Shown: positions 28,684 to 39,100, counted from the stretch's first letter. The stretch: DNA of 64,000 nt from Oscillospiraceae bacterium (GCA_018053145.1 JAGPMA010000001.1:28482-92481); one strand, 5' to 3'. The notes: generated from the letters alone by a model not told the origin. A program made the numbers and translations.

Positions 28684-30150
28684 ATGTACGAGCAGGATAA
28701 CGAAAGCTTTGGCGGAGCAAATGGAATGCCTCCATCTGACGTACAAAACACAGAGTATAGTTTTTCAAGAGAAAACATTCCGCATCGCTCCTATATGGAT
28801 GCAAACTTTGTACCGCAAAACGAAGAACCCAATGGACCGAGAGCCTACTATACACCACCGGTTAAGCCTCCGAAGCTGAAAAAGGAGAAAAAAAGCGGAG
28901 GAATGGCAAAACTGATTGTCGCCTGTCTAATTTGCGCGTTGCTGGGTGGTGTCGGAGGCGGAGCGCTTGTTGTATCGCAGCTACCCGAAGCTGCTGTTGC
29001 GGATAACAGCGGAAGCTCGTTGAATATTTCGGATTCCGATAATACCGAAACGCATACGGCAAGCCCTGTTTCAAGCGGCGAGCTTTTGACCGGCGCTCAG
29101 ATATACAGCCTTGGCTGTGCTCAGGCGGTTGGAATTTCAACAGATGTAACATATACAAACTATTTTGGAGCGAAGACCACAGCTGCCGTTTCCGGCTCCG
29201 GTTTTATCGTAACAAGTGACGGTTACATTGTTACCAATTATCATGTTATTGCGGATGCTTATACAGAGGGCTACAAGGTTTCCGTTATACTTTATAACGG
29301 AGATAAGTACGACGCTAAAATTGTCGGCGTTGAGGAAGCAAGCGATGTAGCCGTACTAAAAATCGATGCCACAGGTCTTACAGCGGCGACGCTGGGCGAC
29401 AGCGACAGCCTGCAGGTCGGTGAAAGCGTTTATGCAGTCGGCAATCCTCTCGGAGAGCTGAGCTTTTCCATGACAAGCGGTATGGTAAGTGCACTCGACA
29501 GAGACATTACCACACAGGATTCGACTACCGGACAGACAACCACTAACAACATGTTCCAGATAGACGCTGCCGTTAATGAGGGCAACTCCGGCGGACCGGT
29601 TTATAACCAATACGGAGAGGTCATCGGGATAGTTACCGCTAAATATTCAGATACAGGAGTCGAGGGACTGGGCTTTGCTATTCCCATAAACGATGTGACG
29701 GATATTGTTGACCAGCTTATCAAGAACGGTTATGTAAGCGGTAAAGCTAATTTCGGAATAACGGTTACCACCGTCGACAGTACTGTTGCGCAGTATTATA
29801 ACATGGTGGAAGGCGCTTACGTCTATTCGGTTACGTCCGGAAGCTGCAGTGACAAGGCCGGGCTTAAAGTCGGCGATATTATAACGGCTATCAATGACGT
29901 TGAGGTTAAAAGTTCCTCCGAGCTTACAAGCGAGAAGAAAAACTACAAAGCCGGCGATACTGTTACGCTTAAGGTATATCGTCAGCCGGATGATAACAGC
30001 AAAAAGGGTGATTATATAGAAATCAAAATCACACTTGACGAAAATATTCCAACAAGCACCACACAGAGCGATAGCAACGAACAAAGCAATACAAAAAACA
30101 ACGAAAACAGCGGAGATAACAGTTTGTTTCCCACTGTGCCGAACACCTAA
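28684..30150 (+). CDS. htrA: HtrA/DegP-family serine protease with one PDZ domain, membrane anchored
   Basis: Catalytic contexts TNYHV, DVAVLK and GNSGGP. It has a TM segment, a PDZ domain, and a low-complexity N/S/T-rich C-terminus. Confidence 0.92.
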   Translation: MYEQDNESFGGANGMPPSDVQNTEYSFSRENIPHRSYMDANFVPQNEEPNGPRAYYTPPVKPPKLKKEKKSGGMAKLIVACLICALLGGVGGGALVVSQLPEAAVADNSGSSLNISDSDNTETHTASPVSSGELLTGAQIYSLGCAQAVGISTDVTYTNYFGAKTTAAVSGSGFIVTSDGYIVTNYHVIADAYTEGYKVSVILYNGDKYDAKIVGVEEASDVAVLKIDATGLTAATLGDSDSLQVGESVYAVGNPLGELSFSMTSGMVSALDRDITTQDSTTGQTTTNNMFQIDAAVNEGNSGGPVYNQYGEVIGIVTAKYSDTGVEGLGFAIPINDVTDIVDQLIKNGYVSGKANFGITVTTVDSTVAQYYNMVEGAYVYSVTSGSCSDKAGLKVGDIITAINDVEVKSSSELTSEKKNYKAGDTVTLKVYRQPDDNSKKGDYIEIKITLDENIPTSTTQSDSNEQSNTKNNENSGDNSLFPTVPNT

Positions 30151-30160
30151 TATTTACTAT

Positions 30161-30200
30161 AAAAGAGACCGCGTCCAAACGTTGGACGCGGTCTCTTTTA
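30161..30200. terminator. Bidirectional intrinsic terminator
   Basis: AAAAGAGACCGCGTCCAA / TTGGACGCGGTCTCTTTT perfect hairpin between convergent htrA and the aspartate kinase gene. Confidence 0.9.
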
Positions 30201-30250
30201 TTTGAGCACTTGGGTTCGCGCTCATCAAGAAAAGCTGCAACAGCAAGAGC

Positions 30251-31456
30251 TTAGTTGAAGAACTTGTTGTGGATTACCTGAACTGCTTTGTCGGCATTGC
30301 TTTCGTCAATCAGAACAGAAACCTTTATTTCGCTTGTCGAAATCATCTGAATGTTAATTTTTGCTTCGCTGAGCGCTTCAAACATGGTTGCGGCAACGCC
30401 CGAAGAGGAAAGCATACCTGCACCGACGATGCTGACCTTAGCCACTTTTTTGTCGCCGAAAATCTCTGTGAAGCCGAGAGTTGACTTTCTCTCCTCCATG
30501 AGCTCCATTGCCTTATCGAAGTCGCTTTCCGAAACGGTGAAGCTGATGTCGTTTGTTCCGTTTCTGTCGATTGACTGAAGGATTATATCAACATTGACAT
30601 TCGAGTTTGCAAGCACTCTGAAAAGCTTAAAAGCAACGCCGGGCTCGTCGGGAACTCCAACGACTGCTATGCGCGCCACATTATTATCCTTTGCGATACC
30701 GCTGATTTTCATCTGTTCCACGTTTTTCACGACCTCCTTAACTTTTGTGCCGGGCTTTCTTTCGTAGCTGGAGAGAACCTCCAGGTTAACACCGTAGCGT
30801 TTTGCCATTTCCACGCTGCGGTTGTGCAGAACCTGCGCACCCAGCGAGGCAAGCTCCATCATTTCGTCATAAGTTATCTCGTCAAGCTTCTTTGCACCCT
30901 GCACCTTGCGGGGGTCGGCTGTGAAAACGCCTTCAACATCGGTGAAGATTTGGCATTTGTCCGCATGAAGCGCGGCCGCAATGGCTACCGCAGAGGTGTC
31001 TGAGCCGCCTCTGCCGAGAGTCGTGACATCGCCCGTGCCGTTGACGCCTTGAAAGCCTGTAACAATCACTATACGGCGCTTATCAAGCTCCTGACGCATT
31101 CTGTCGGTTGATACGGAGCGAATACGAGCGTTGCCGTAGTCAAAGTTTGTGCTGACCTGCACCTGCCAGCCTGTAAGCGAAACGACGGGCAGTCCCATTT
31201 TTTCCAGAGCCATGCTCATTAGCGCAACGGAAATTTGCTCGCCTGTTGAGAGGAGAACGTCAAGCTCGCGTTTTGATGGGTGCGGATTGATTTCCGCCGC
31301 CTTTTCCAGAAGGTCGTCGGTGGTGTCGCCCTGTGCGGAGAGAACAACGACCATGTCGTTCCCCTCGCAGTATGCGTCTGCGATTATTCCCGCGACACGC
31401 ACGATTTTAGCGGCGTCAGCCACGGAGCTCCCGCCGAATTTTTGAACAATAAGCAT
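30251..31456 (-). CDS. ask: Aspartate kinase with two C-terminal ACT domains
   Basis: N-terminal VQKFGGSSV. A GGAGG RBS lies 9 nt upstream of ATG 31456. The ORF-track start at 31507 is rejected. Confidence 0.93.
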   Translation of the reverse strand: MLIVQKFGGSSVADAAKIVRVAGIIADAYCEGNDMVVVLSAQGDTTDDLLEKAAEINPHPSKRELDVLLSTGEQISVALMSMALEKMGLPVVSLTGWQVQVSTNFDYGNARIRSVSTDRMRQELDKRRIVIVTGFQGVNGTGDVTTLGRGGSDTSAVAIAAALHADKCQIFTDVEGVFTADPRKVQGAKKLDEITYDEMMELASLGAQVLHNRSVEMAKRYGVNLEVLSSYERKPGTKVKEVVKNVEQMKISGIAKDNNVARIAVVGVPDEPGVAFKLFRVLANSNVNVDIILQSIDRNGTNDISFTVSESDFDKAMELMEERKSTLGFTEIFGDKKVAKVSIVGAGMLSSSGVAATMFEALSEAKINIQMISTSEIKVSVLIDESNADKAVQVIHNKFFN

Positions 31457-31545
31457 ATAGGAAATTCCTCCAGTTATAGCGCTGAAAGGCTGAGCCAATA
31501 AGGCCACAGCCTATTGCATTAGTTTATAGCAACAAGGGGTTTAGG

Positions 31546-32757
31546 TCAATCCAAAATTCTGAACATTGAGCGGACTGTCATGCCGCTTGTCAGTTTGTGC
31601 ATGGTGTTTTCGTCATAAATCTCGGTGGCAAAGGCGTATTCGTCGCCGGCTGCACCGGTGTAGGTTACAAAATTAACCTTGCCGAAAGCCCAGCCAATCT
31701 GCTGAAGGGAGGTTGCCGCCCTTACATACCAGCGAGAGGCGAGATAGGCGCTATCGGTAAAGTAGCCATCGGGTGCATCGTCCCAATCGAGATATTTTCT
31801 GGCTTTGACGTGCTTAACTGCGTCAATTACGTCCGCAACCACAGCACTTGCCGTGGGACGTTTTCCTGCACCTGCGCCATAGAACATTGTGTCGCCCAGC
31901 GCGTTGCCGTGAACCACAATTCCGTTCATAACACCGTCGACATTGGACAGTAAGCTTGATTTGCTGACAAGATGCGGAGCAACATATGCCGTGGCGGTGT
32001 CGCGTCCCGTGCGTATAGCGCGGCCGAGAAGCTTTATCTTGCAGTTAAGGCGCCTTGCATATTCAACATCCGCGGAAGTGACTCCCTTGATACCGGCTGC
32101 GCGAACGTCGGAGGGGTTAACGTGCTTTCCGAAGCATAAATCGGTCAGTATGCAGATTTTCCTTGCGGCATCATGGCCTTCGATGTCAGCAGTGGGGTCT
32201 TTTTCCGCGTAGCCATTTGCCTGAGCCTGGTGCAGAGCATCTTCAAAGCTTGCGTTGTTTTGAATCATCTCTGTTAGAATATAGTTTGTAGTACCGTTTA
32301 GTATTCCATATACCTCGTCAATTTTGTTGGCGGCAAGGCACTGAGTGATGGGGCGGATAATGGGGATTCCGCCGCCTACACTCGCCTCAAAGAGGTAGTT
32401 GAGATTATTTTTCTTCGCGATGGCGATTAGCTCGTGGCCCTTTGTGGCGACAAGCTCCTTGTTTGACGTTACAACGCTCTTGCCGGAGAGCAGGGCACGC
32501 TTTGTAAATTCGTAGGCAATGCCGACACCGCCGATGGTTTCGATTACAACCGAAACCTCAGGGTCGTTTTCAATAATTGAAAAGTCGTGGATGATATACT
32601 CTTCAAAGGGGTCTCCGGGGAAATCCCTGCTATCCAGAATGTATTTAAGCGAAACATCTTCGGCGGCGTTTTTTGAGATGCTGTCAGCGTTTTCTACAAT
32701 GACCTCGGCAACGCCGCTGCCAACAATCCCATAACCGCATATTGCTATTTTTGCCAT
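31546..32757 (-). CDS. hom: Homoserine dehydrogenase
   Basis: Rossmann N-terminus (ICGYGIVGSG), catalytic domain, and a C-terminal ACT-like domain. 403 aa. Confidence 0.92.
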   Translation of the reverse strand: MAKIAICGYGIVGSGVAEVIVENADSISKNAAEDVSLKYILDSRDFPGDPFEEYIIHDFSIIENDPEVSVVIETIGGVGIAYEFTKRALLSGKSVVTSNKELVATKGHELIAIAKKNNLNYLFEASVGGGIPIIRPITQCLAANKIDEVYGILNGTTNYILTEMIQNNASFEDALHQAQANGYAEKDPTADIEGHDAARKICILTDLCFGKHVNPSDVRAAGIKGVTSADVEYARRLNCKIKLLGRAIRTGRDTATAYVAPHLVSKSSLLSNVDGVMNGIVVHGNALGDTMFYGAGAGKRPTASAVVADVIDAVKHVKARKYLDWDDAPDGYFTDSAYLASRWYVRAATSLQQIGWAFGKVNFVTYTGAAGDEYAFATEIYDENTMHKLTSGMTVRSMFRILD

Positions 32758-32829
32758 GTTAGTACCTCCTATTGCTGTGAATGGCGATTAGATTAATAAA
32801 TGGAAACGCGGGGACAGCGAGCAAGAACG

Positions 32830-33276
32830 CTATCCCGCGATGACTTCGACTTTTTTTACACCGCCGGTGTCGTGAAGGTTGTTAAGCAGCTCCTCGCTTG
32901 AAATGAGCATACCGGTGGTTTCGGCAGAAATTGTGACAAGCGCTATACCATTAATAGGAATGCTCTGGTTAATGGTAAGAATATTTGCTCCGGTATTTGC
33001 AAAAACAGCAAGTACGGAGGATAAAACGCCCATTTTATCACGCAGCGTGATGTGAAAAGTAATAATGCGCCCCCGCTTAAGGTCTTGAAACGGAGTAATC
33101 GAGTCCTTGTATTTGTAAAATGCGCTCCGGCTGATTCCAACCGTATTCGCAGCTTCGGCGACGGTAAGAGCCTCGCCTGTTTCAAGCAGCCCTTTAGCTT
33201 TTGCAACTTTTATAAAAATCTCGGGCAACATCTCGGCTTCAATTAAAAAAAACTTGTAATCGTGTTCTGCCGGCAT
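32830..33276 (-). CDS. ACT domain-containing protein (UPF0735/PheB-like), first gene of the hom-ask operon
   Basis: About 148 aa with a C-terminal ACT fold pattern (ITFHITLRDKMGVLSSVL). GAGGGGGA RBS before ATG 33276. Confidence 0.8.
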   Translation of the reverse strand: MPAEHDYKFFLIEAEMLPEIFIKVAKAKGLLETGEALTVAEAANTVGISRSAFYKYKDSITPFQDLKRGRIITFHITLRDKMGVLSSVLAVFANTGANILTINQSIPINGIALVTISAETTGMLISSEELLNNLHDTGGVKKVEVIAG

Positions 33277-33505
33277 CAACAGTGTCCCCCTCTGAAAGTC
33301 AAATGTTGTTCAGTTGTGTATAGAATAATAACACGGCACGGACAAAATCGCAACTGTAATTTTGCAAAATATGACACATATTTTATTCGTTATAATCAAA
33401 AAACAATGGTCAATTTGCGGCAAAAGCACAAAAAATCGGGCAAGCCGCTTGAAAACGGGCTGCCCGATAGGGTGTCTGTGAGTTTTGCCTATGGATGAGA
33501 TGGAG

Positions 33506-33703
33506 TTATACTCCGAAAAATGCTATGATTGAATTAATTATATTTTCGGGTGACAGCATTTCGAGGATGGGGAGAGCTGTTTCGTTTTGATACAGGTTGT
33601 CCAGATTGCCGCCCATGAAATACGAGACGGCCACACACACAATACCTGCAACACAGAGAATGAGGGAAATGAGCAAAACTGCTTTCCAGATTTTTTTAAT
33701 CAT
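33506..33703 (-). CDS. Small single-pass membrane protein
   Basis: 65 aa with one N-terminal TM helix. The start overlaps the DUF1700 stop by 4 nt (ATGA). A terminator hairpin follows at about 33435-33470. Confidence 0.6.
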   Translation of the reverse strand: MIKKIWKAVLLISLILCVAGIVCVAVSYFMGGNLDNLYQNETALPILEMLSPENIINSIIAFFGV

Positions 33704-34458
33704 GCGTCACACTCCTTAACAGAGACAATTCCCAGAGCTTTACGGAAAAGCCCTGAAACGAGGCTTACCGCAGAGGAAACCGCAAACCATATGATTAATA
33801 GGCCGAGCCCCGCGCATAAAAGACCGCCGCCGAAAAGCAAAAGCGCATCAGTGATGTATAGAAGGTTCTTCAGCCCTGTTAGCAGAAGATAGCTCATGGC
33901 AACGAGTAAAATGATACCAACTCCGGCAACTGCGAGGAACACGGCAGTAATTACAAGGCTGAGCAGGCTTGCCCCGATTATGCCGGCAACCGATATTTTG
34001 CGTGAGGGTTTATTCTTCTCGCGTGGTTCCGTAGTATATTCAAGCTGTTGCGGTTCGATTATCGGTTTAGGCGGAGCCTCTTCGGACGCTTCCTCCGAAA
34101 CAGCAGTGACCGGCTCTGCTAGCTCGGCCTCGACAGGAGTTGCTTCCTGAATTTCCGCGATTGCGACGAGGGATGCTTCGGTTTCGGTTTCAACGCTGTA
34201 TTCAGACAGCGCTTCGGGCTGCGTTGCTTCGGGCTCGCAGGCAAGGGCAATCTTTTCGCCGGATTCCATGCGCCGTTTGAGGTCAATTGCTGTCATCATT
34301 GGCGTACCAAGCTCCGCAATAAGGGAATATTCGTTCTCTTGACCTGCAGCGTCAAATTTTTCGTTGTAGGCGGCGATAACATTCGCCCTCTCCTCGGGAG
34401 AGAAAAACGTAAGGTATTGGGAGAGTTCCGCAAGGAACTGCTGTCTGTTCATCTTCAA
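33700..34458 (-). CDS. DUF1700 domain-containing membrane protein
   Basis: N-terminal FLAELSQYL...PEERANVIAAYNEKF pattern, an acidic E/P/A-rich linker, and C-terminal TM helices. Confidence 0.8.
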   Translation of the reverse strand: MKMNRQQFLAELSQYLTFFSPEERANVIAAYNEKFDAAGQENEYSLIAELGTPMMTAIDLKRRMESGEKIALACEPEATQPEALSEYSVETETEASLVAIAEIQEATPVEAELAEPVTAVSEEASEEAPPKPIIEPQQLEYTTEPREKNKPSRKISVAGIIGASLLSLVITAVFLAVAGVGIILLVAMSYLLLTGLKNLLYITDALLLFGGGLLCAGLGLLIIWFAVSSAVSLVSGLFRKALGIVSVKECDA

Positions 34459-34501
34459 TCCCTCTTCATGAAATAATATTTTGCCATTATTAACTAATCA
34501 T

Positions 34502-34530
34502 ATTATATTCGTATTTATGTAAACCGTCAA
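34502..34530 (-). promoter_or_regulatory. Putative promoter of the DUF1700 module
   Basis: On the minus strand: TTGACG, 17 nt spacer, TATAAT. Confidence 0.55.
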
Positions 34531-34599
34531 GGGTTACAAAGAAAATATGAAAAAAGAGGAATTTGAAGCGAAGCTTTTTCTTTGGATAGTGCGCGCTTA

Positions 34600-36696
34600 T
34601 TAAAAGGAGCTGCTGTCAAGCTCAAAACGTGAGACTAAATTCTGAAGCATACCGGCTTGAGCGGAAAGCTCCTCACTTGCGGCGGCGCTCTCTTCGGCTG
34701 TTGCGGAGTTCATTTGAACGACATTCGAAATTTGTTCGACGCCAATCAATATTTGGCTTATGTTTTCGGACTGACTGCGGGCTGCCTCGGAGATTTCGGA
34801 AACAAGCTTATTCATGTTAAAGGTCTTCTCACCGACTTCCTCAAAAGCACGGTTGGTGTTCATGGCCAGCGAGACACCTCTGTCCACAGCGGCAACAGCG
34901 CTTTCAATCAAAGCCGTTGTGTTTTTTGCGGAGTCTGAGGATTTCTGCGCAAGATTTCTTACCTCGTCTGCAACAACGGCAAAGCCTTTGCCGGCGCTGC
35001 CGGCTCTGGCGGCTTCAACCGCAGCGTTTAACGCCAAGATATTTGTTTGGAAGGCTATGTCCTCGATAACCTTGATAACCTTGCCAATGTCGGCGGAGGT
35101 CTTGGAAATGTCTGACATTGCCGAAAGAAGCTGACGCATTTCCGAGAGGCTCTCATTCATCACGGAGGCGACCTGTTGTGTTATATCAGAAGCATTGTTT
35201 GCGTTTTCGGCTGTTTGCCCAATTTGCACGGATACCTGGCTGATGCTTGCGGAAAGCTCTTCAATTGATGCGGCCTGCTCGGTGGCGCCTTGTGCCAAGG
35301 CCTGAGCACCTGAAGATACCTGTTCAGAGCCGGCAGACACTTGAATTGAGGCTTCTCTGATTTTAAGAAGGGTGGAATTGAGAGTGCCTTTTATATTGCG
35401 AAGAGCCGAAAGAATGCTGCTATAATCTCCGATGTACTTTTCGGTGTTGTTGGAGCTAATACTAAAATTGTCGTTTGCCATCTCTGTAAGAAGATGGTTA
35501 ATATCCCCGATGATCAAACGAAGACCCTCAGTCATGTTCTTAAACGAAATCGCAAGCTGACCTATTTCATCTTCTGACTGTACATCAATATTTATATCAA
35601 GCTCTCCACTTTCAATTTTCTGCGCTGCACTAACGATTATTGCAATGGGCTTCAGCTGTTTTTTGAGAATATAATTTGTTAGGACTATTACTATAGCAAC
35701 AGCGATTACTGCGACAATTATAAGAAGTATTACAAGTCTGAGTGTTGCAGCATTGAAATCGCTCGAGCTAAGTACGGTCTGTGACCACCAGGTGGTGCCG
35801 CTAAGAAGGATAGGCTCAAAATAACGAAGCTCGGTTTTCCCTTCAGTATTGGTGGTTTTTGCTTGAAAGGCACTGCCTTTGCCGAAGCTGCTGATAACAT
35901 CACTGTATTCGTCGGGCTTTGAAAAGAGTGATTCGAAGCTGCTGCCGATTGTTTCTGCATTTTTGCTGTCGTACATGACAGTTCCGGTTTCCGAAACAAT
36001 TCCGGCGTACAGGGAGGAATGCTCTTCGGAGCTTGTTGTAATTGAGCTGAAGCTGTCCATACTTATATCCGAAATCACAGCCCCGATTACATTGCCGTCT
36101 ATCTCAATGGGATAGGCGATGGACACCATGTAAATGCCTCCCCACATAAATGGCTCGGTTATTACCACCTGATTTTTTTCAACGGCATCTTTATAATATA
36201 CTTGAGTGGTATAATCCTCGGTGTACATAGATACGCCTTTAGCTTCCGCCATCGCTTCGTCTATGTATATAGCATACTTATCTATACTGCTGTCAAAGAC
36301 GTAGGGTTCAAAGAAAATGCCAAGACCGACAAGACTTTCACTCGACTGCACTAAACGCCAGCCACTCTCAATGGCATAGGTTTCGATTGCCTTACAGGAG
36401 GGTGAAAGGGCCGCACTGTAAACGGCACTAGCTGCAGTTTTGTCCTCAGTTGCTGCAAAGTCTGAGTAATTTGAAACCGTGTATGAGCGCAAGCCGTTTG
36501 CTGCTTCAGCAGCCTCGTTGAGCATGGACTGGATTTGGACCGAGTTCTGTTTTGCAAGCTCGCTTAATTCTCCGTTAGTTCCAACAGAAACAGATTTGGC
36601 TGACAAAAGCGCTGCGACAGTAATCAGCGCCGTCATACCCAGTAAGACCAAAATCGCCACAATTAATGATATTCTTGTCGACAGCTGTTTTTTCAT
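34600..36696 (-). CDS. Methyl-accepting chemotaxis protein with extracellular Cache-like sensor and HAMP domain
   Basis: Two TM segments flank a roughly 290 aa sensor, followed by a HAMP domain. The signalling hairpin [20 protein letters not shown] is highly conserved. Confidence 0.93.
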   Translation of the reverse strand: MKKQLSTRISLIVAILVLLGMTALITVAALLSAKSVSVGTNGELSELAKQNSVQIQSMLNEAAEAANGLRSYTVSNYSDFAATEDKTAASAVYSAALSPSCKAIETYAIESGWRLVQSSESLVGLGIFFEPYVFDSSIDKYAIYIDEAMAEAKGVSMYTEDYTTQVYYKDAVEKNQVVITEPFMWGGIYMVSIAYPIEIDGNVIGAVISDISMDSFSSITTSSEEHSSLYAGIVSETGTVMYDSKNAETIGSSFESLFSKPDEYSDVISSFGKGSAFQAKTTNTEGKTELRYFEPILLSGTTWWSQTVLSSSDFNAATLRLVILLIIVAVIAVAIVIVLTNYILKKQLKPIAIIVSAAQKIESGELDINIDVQSEDEIGQLAISFKNMTEGLRLIIGDINHLLTEMANDNFSISSNNTEKYIGDYSSILSALRNIKGTLNSTLLKIREASIQVSAGSEQVSSGAQALAQGATEQAASIEELSASISQVSVQIGQTAENANNASDITQQVASVMNESLSEMRQLLSAMSDISKTSADIGKVIKVIEDIAFQTNILALNAAVEAARAGSAGKGFAVVADEVRNLAQKSSDSAKNTTALIESAVAAVDRGVSLAMNTNRAFEEVGEKTFNMNKLVSEISEAARSQSENISQILIGVEQISNVVQMNSATAEESAAASEELSAQAGMLQNLVSRFELDSSSF

Positions 36697-36979
36697 AATA
36701 CATTCCTCCGAAATTTTCTGTTTATATAGCTTTTTTGTGTGGTAAACGGCGTTGAGATATATTTATACAATAGTTATTTTATGAAATAAGAAAAAGACAA
36801 CTAAAAATAAGTGATAATATACAAAATAATTGACTAATATTATACAATGTTTGCCAATAATGACATAATATACTACTGATATAACAGAAACTTTCGTTTA
36901 CAAGCGTTACCGGTGTTGAGACAGCGACTTGAATTAAAATCGGAGATAATTATTGTTCCATTTTCAAATACGGAACAGA

Positions 36980-37008
36980 TTGCAAATAATGATTGCCCAA
37001 GGTATAAT
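36980..37008 (+). promoter_or_regulatory. Putative promoter of the capA-like gene
   Basis: TTGCAA, 17 nt spacer, TATAAT. Confidence 0.55.
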
Positions 37009-37100
37009 ACTGCTTGTGACGCCATTATGGCAGTATTTTGCATTATCTGCGTTAATTATTCCTTTTCCGCGCTACATATTTATTTAGCAGGTGTTCGCTT

Positions 37101-38225
37101 ATGAAAAATAAACAAAGCAAGGCTTTAAACATTGTCTCAAGGCTAATTGCAGTTGCGGCAACAATTTCGCTCTGTCTGCTCCTTAGCACGACATCCCGCC
37201 TTCCTCAGGTCGTGACAGCCGAAGCTCAGGCAGCGGAGACTACGCCGATTGTCACCATGACGCCAGAACCCACGCCTGCTCCAACACCGGAATATTTTAA
37301 GCTGAGCTTTGTCGGCGATTGCACTCTCGCGAGTACGGTTTATAACAAAAAGCTTGCCGTTTCATACGAGAGCGTTGTCGGAGATAACTATGCGTATCCG
37401 TTTGAAAAGACCGTGCAATACTTAAACGACGATGATTTAACCTTTGCAAATCTCGAATGTGCGCTCACAGCTTCAACTGCCTCCGACACGAAAAACTTTT
37501 GCTTTAGAGCGGACCCCACCTATACGCAGATTTTGACCTCCGGCAGCGTGGAGTTTGTTACCCTCGGGAACAACCACGTTTTGGATTACGGCGAACAGGG
37601 ATATGCGGACACAAAGGCGGCGCTCGATGCAGCAGGTATCGGCTATGCCGGTCGGGATGAAGCAAAGCTATACGAAACGGCTTCGGGGCTAAAAATTGGC
37701 GTATATGCTGTGAGTTTTGGCAACACTCAGCAAATTAAAGATGGTATTGCGGTGCTCAAAGCCGCAGGAGCGGAATTTATAGTTGCGGCTATCCACTGGG
37801 GAGATGAGGGTAGCTACGATGTTAACAACCTGCAAAAGGAGCAGGGGCACGCGGCGATAGACGCGGGTGCGGATTTGGTTTACGGCAGCCACCCGCACAC
37901 GCTTCAGCCCTGCGAGGAGTATAACGGAAAATACATATATTACAGCATGGGCAACTGGTCCTTCGGCGGAAACACAGCGCCGAGAGACCCCGATACAATT
38001 ATCCTTAAGCTGACGGTAAAGCGCGATGTTGACGGTACTATAAGCATTGATAACCGTGAAATCATCCCCTGTGCCTGCACGGGCGTTGTCGGCGGCAACA
38101 ACTACCAGCCTGTTCCGTATGAAGAGGGCAGCGAGCAGTATAACCGCACTATCTCAAAAATTGACGGCAGCTTTGAGGGACCTAATCTGACGATTGGGTA
38201 TCAATATACTTTTTCGGAGTATTAA
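37101..38225 (+). CDS. CapA family metallophosphatase-like protein, secreted or lipid anchored
   Basis: Signal/TM N-terminus with FVGDC, GNNH, HWGDEG and GSHPH motifs of the CapA/PgsA-like family. Confidence 0.85.
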   Translation: MKNKQSKALNIVSRLIAVAATISLCLLLSTTSRLPQVVTAEAQAAETTPIVTMTPEPTPAPTPEYFKLSFVGDCTLASTVYNKKLAVSYESVVGDNYAYPFEKTVQYLNDDDLTFANLECALTASTASDTKNFCFRADPTYTQILTSGSVEFVTLGNNHVLDYGEQGYADTKAALDAAGIGYAGRDEAKLYETASGLKIGVYAVSFGNTQQIKDGIAVLKAAGAEFIVAAIHWGDEGSYDVNNLQKEQGHAAIDAGADLVYGSHPHTLQPCEEYNGKYIYYSMGNWSFGGNTAPRDPDTIILKLTVKRDVDGTISIDNREIIPCACTGVVGGNNYQPVPYEEGSEQYNRTISKIDGSFEGPNLTIGYQYTFSEY

Positions 38226-38235
38226 TACTTGAAAA

Positions 38236-38280
38236 GCAAAAAGCGGCGGAGAACGTGTTAACAACTTCTCCGCCGTTTTA
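38236..38280. terminator. Intrinsic terminator after the capA-like gene, usable on both strands
   Basis: 10 bp stem (CGGCGGAGAA / TTCTCCGCCG) followed by TTTTA, with an A-run upstream. Confidence 0.8.
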
Positions 38281-38431
38281 ATTATAGACTTAGTCGCAGT
38301 CTGTACAGCCGTCATATGGCCGATTCTCAGCATTTTGATTTTCCTGACAGCTCATATGTTGTCCACCATTTCGCGCGCGGTTTGCTCTTAACGCGTTATA
38401 TTTCAAGGGTTTTAACAATGCCTTTTAGAGC

Positions 38432-38476
38432 ATAAAACCCCGCATAAGATTTCTGGAGAAACCTTATGCGGGTAAA
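38432..38476 (-). terminator. Intrinsic terminator of the carbonic anhydrase gene
   Basis: On the minus strand: CCCGCATAAG / CTTATGCGGG 10 bp stem followed by GTTTTAT. Confidence 0.75.
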
Positions 38477-38507
38477 AGCTGTTTGTTGAAATGAGAGGGA
38501 AGATGCC

Positions 38508-39056
38508 CTAAACAGTCACACAGTCGAGCCGTCCTGTCTCTGGGTCCATGAGTAGACCGTGCACTTTTATGCTCTCTGGGATGAGAGGATGGCTTTTGAT
38601 AAGCTTCACTGTGTCCGTGACGGACTGTTCAACACAGTCGAAGCCCTTGAGCCATTTGTCGTAATCGATTTCCGACTTGACTTTTTCAATTGCCTCCGCA
38701 CTGATTCCAGCTTGAAGCATTTTCTCGGTTATTCTATTGCTCTCTAAATTTTGCATACCGCAGTCGTAGTGACCGATGACCAGAATTTCCTCGATTCCAA
38801 GCTCATAAATGCAGATTAAAAGGCTTCTGATAACGCTGCCGTAAGGGTGAGAAATGACTCCGCCCGCGTTTTTAATAATCTTAACATCACCGTTTTTCAT
38901 ACCTAAGGCCGCAGGAAGCAGAAGCGTCAGCCTAGTGTCCATGCAGGAGAGTATGGCGACTTTTTTTGTGGGATACTTTGAGGCTTTGTGAAGCTTGTAT
39001 TCTTCTTTTTCCACGAATTCCTTGTTAAATTGTAAAATTTCGCTGATTATGCTCAT
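38508..39056 (-). CDS. Beta-class carbonic anhydrase
   Basis: Zinc ligand motifs SCMDTR and HYDCGM. 182 aa. Confidence 0.9.
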   Translation of the reverse strand: MSIISEILQFNKEFVEKEEYKLHKASKYPTKKVAILSCMDTRLTLLLPAALGMKNGDVKIIKNAGGVISHPYGSVIRSLLICIYELGIEEILVIGHYDCGMQNLESNRITEKMLQAGISAEAIEKVKSEIDYDKWLKGFDCVEQSVTDTVKLIKSHPLIPESIKVHGLLMDPETGRLDCVTV

Positions 39057-39100
39057 TGATTACTCCCATTCAGGCAGGCAGCCTTGTAATGATTTTGCCT

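Noticed and set aside
36740-36900. AT-rich spacer with repeated ATAATATAC/TATACAAT words, considered as an invertible promoter or repeat array
   Set aside because: The repeats are short and imperfect. There are no flanking long inverted repeats and no recombinase nearby. Ordinary divergent promoter DNA between the MCP and capA-like genes fits better.
36913-37104. 63 aa ORF upstream of the capA-like gene
   Set aside because: It starts at a non-ATG codon with no RBS. It spans the predicted TTGCAA-17-TATAAT promoter and leader of the capA-like gene.
38316-38393. 25-codon plus-strand micro-ORF (MADSQHFDFPDSSYVVHHFARGLLL)
   Set aside because: It has no Shine-Dalgarno sequence or promoter and lies downstream of a terminator.
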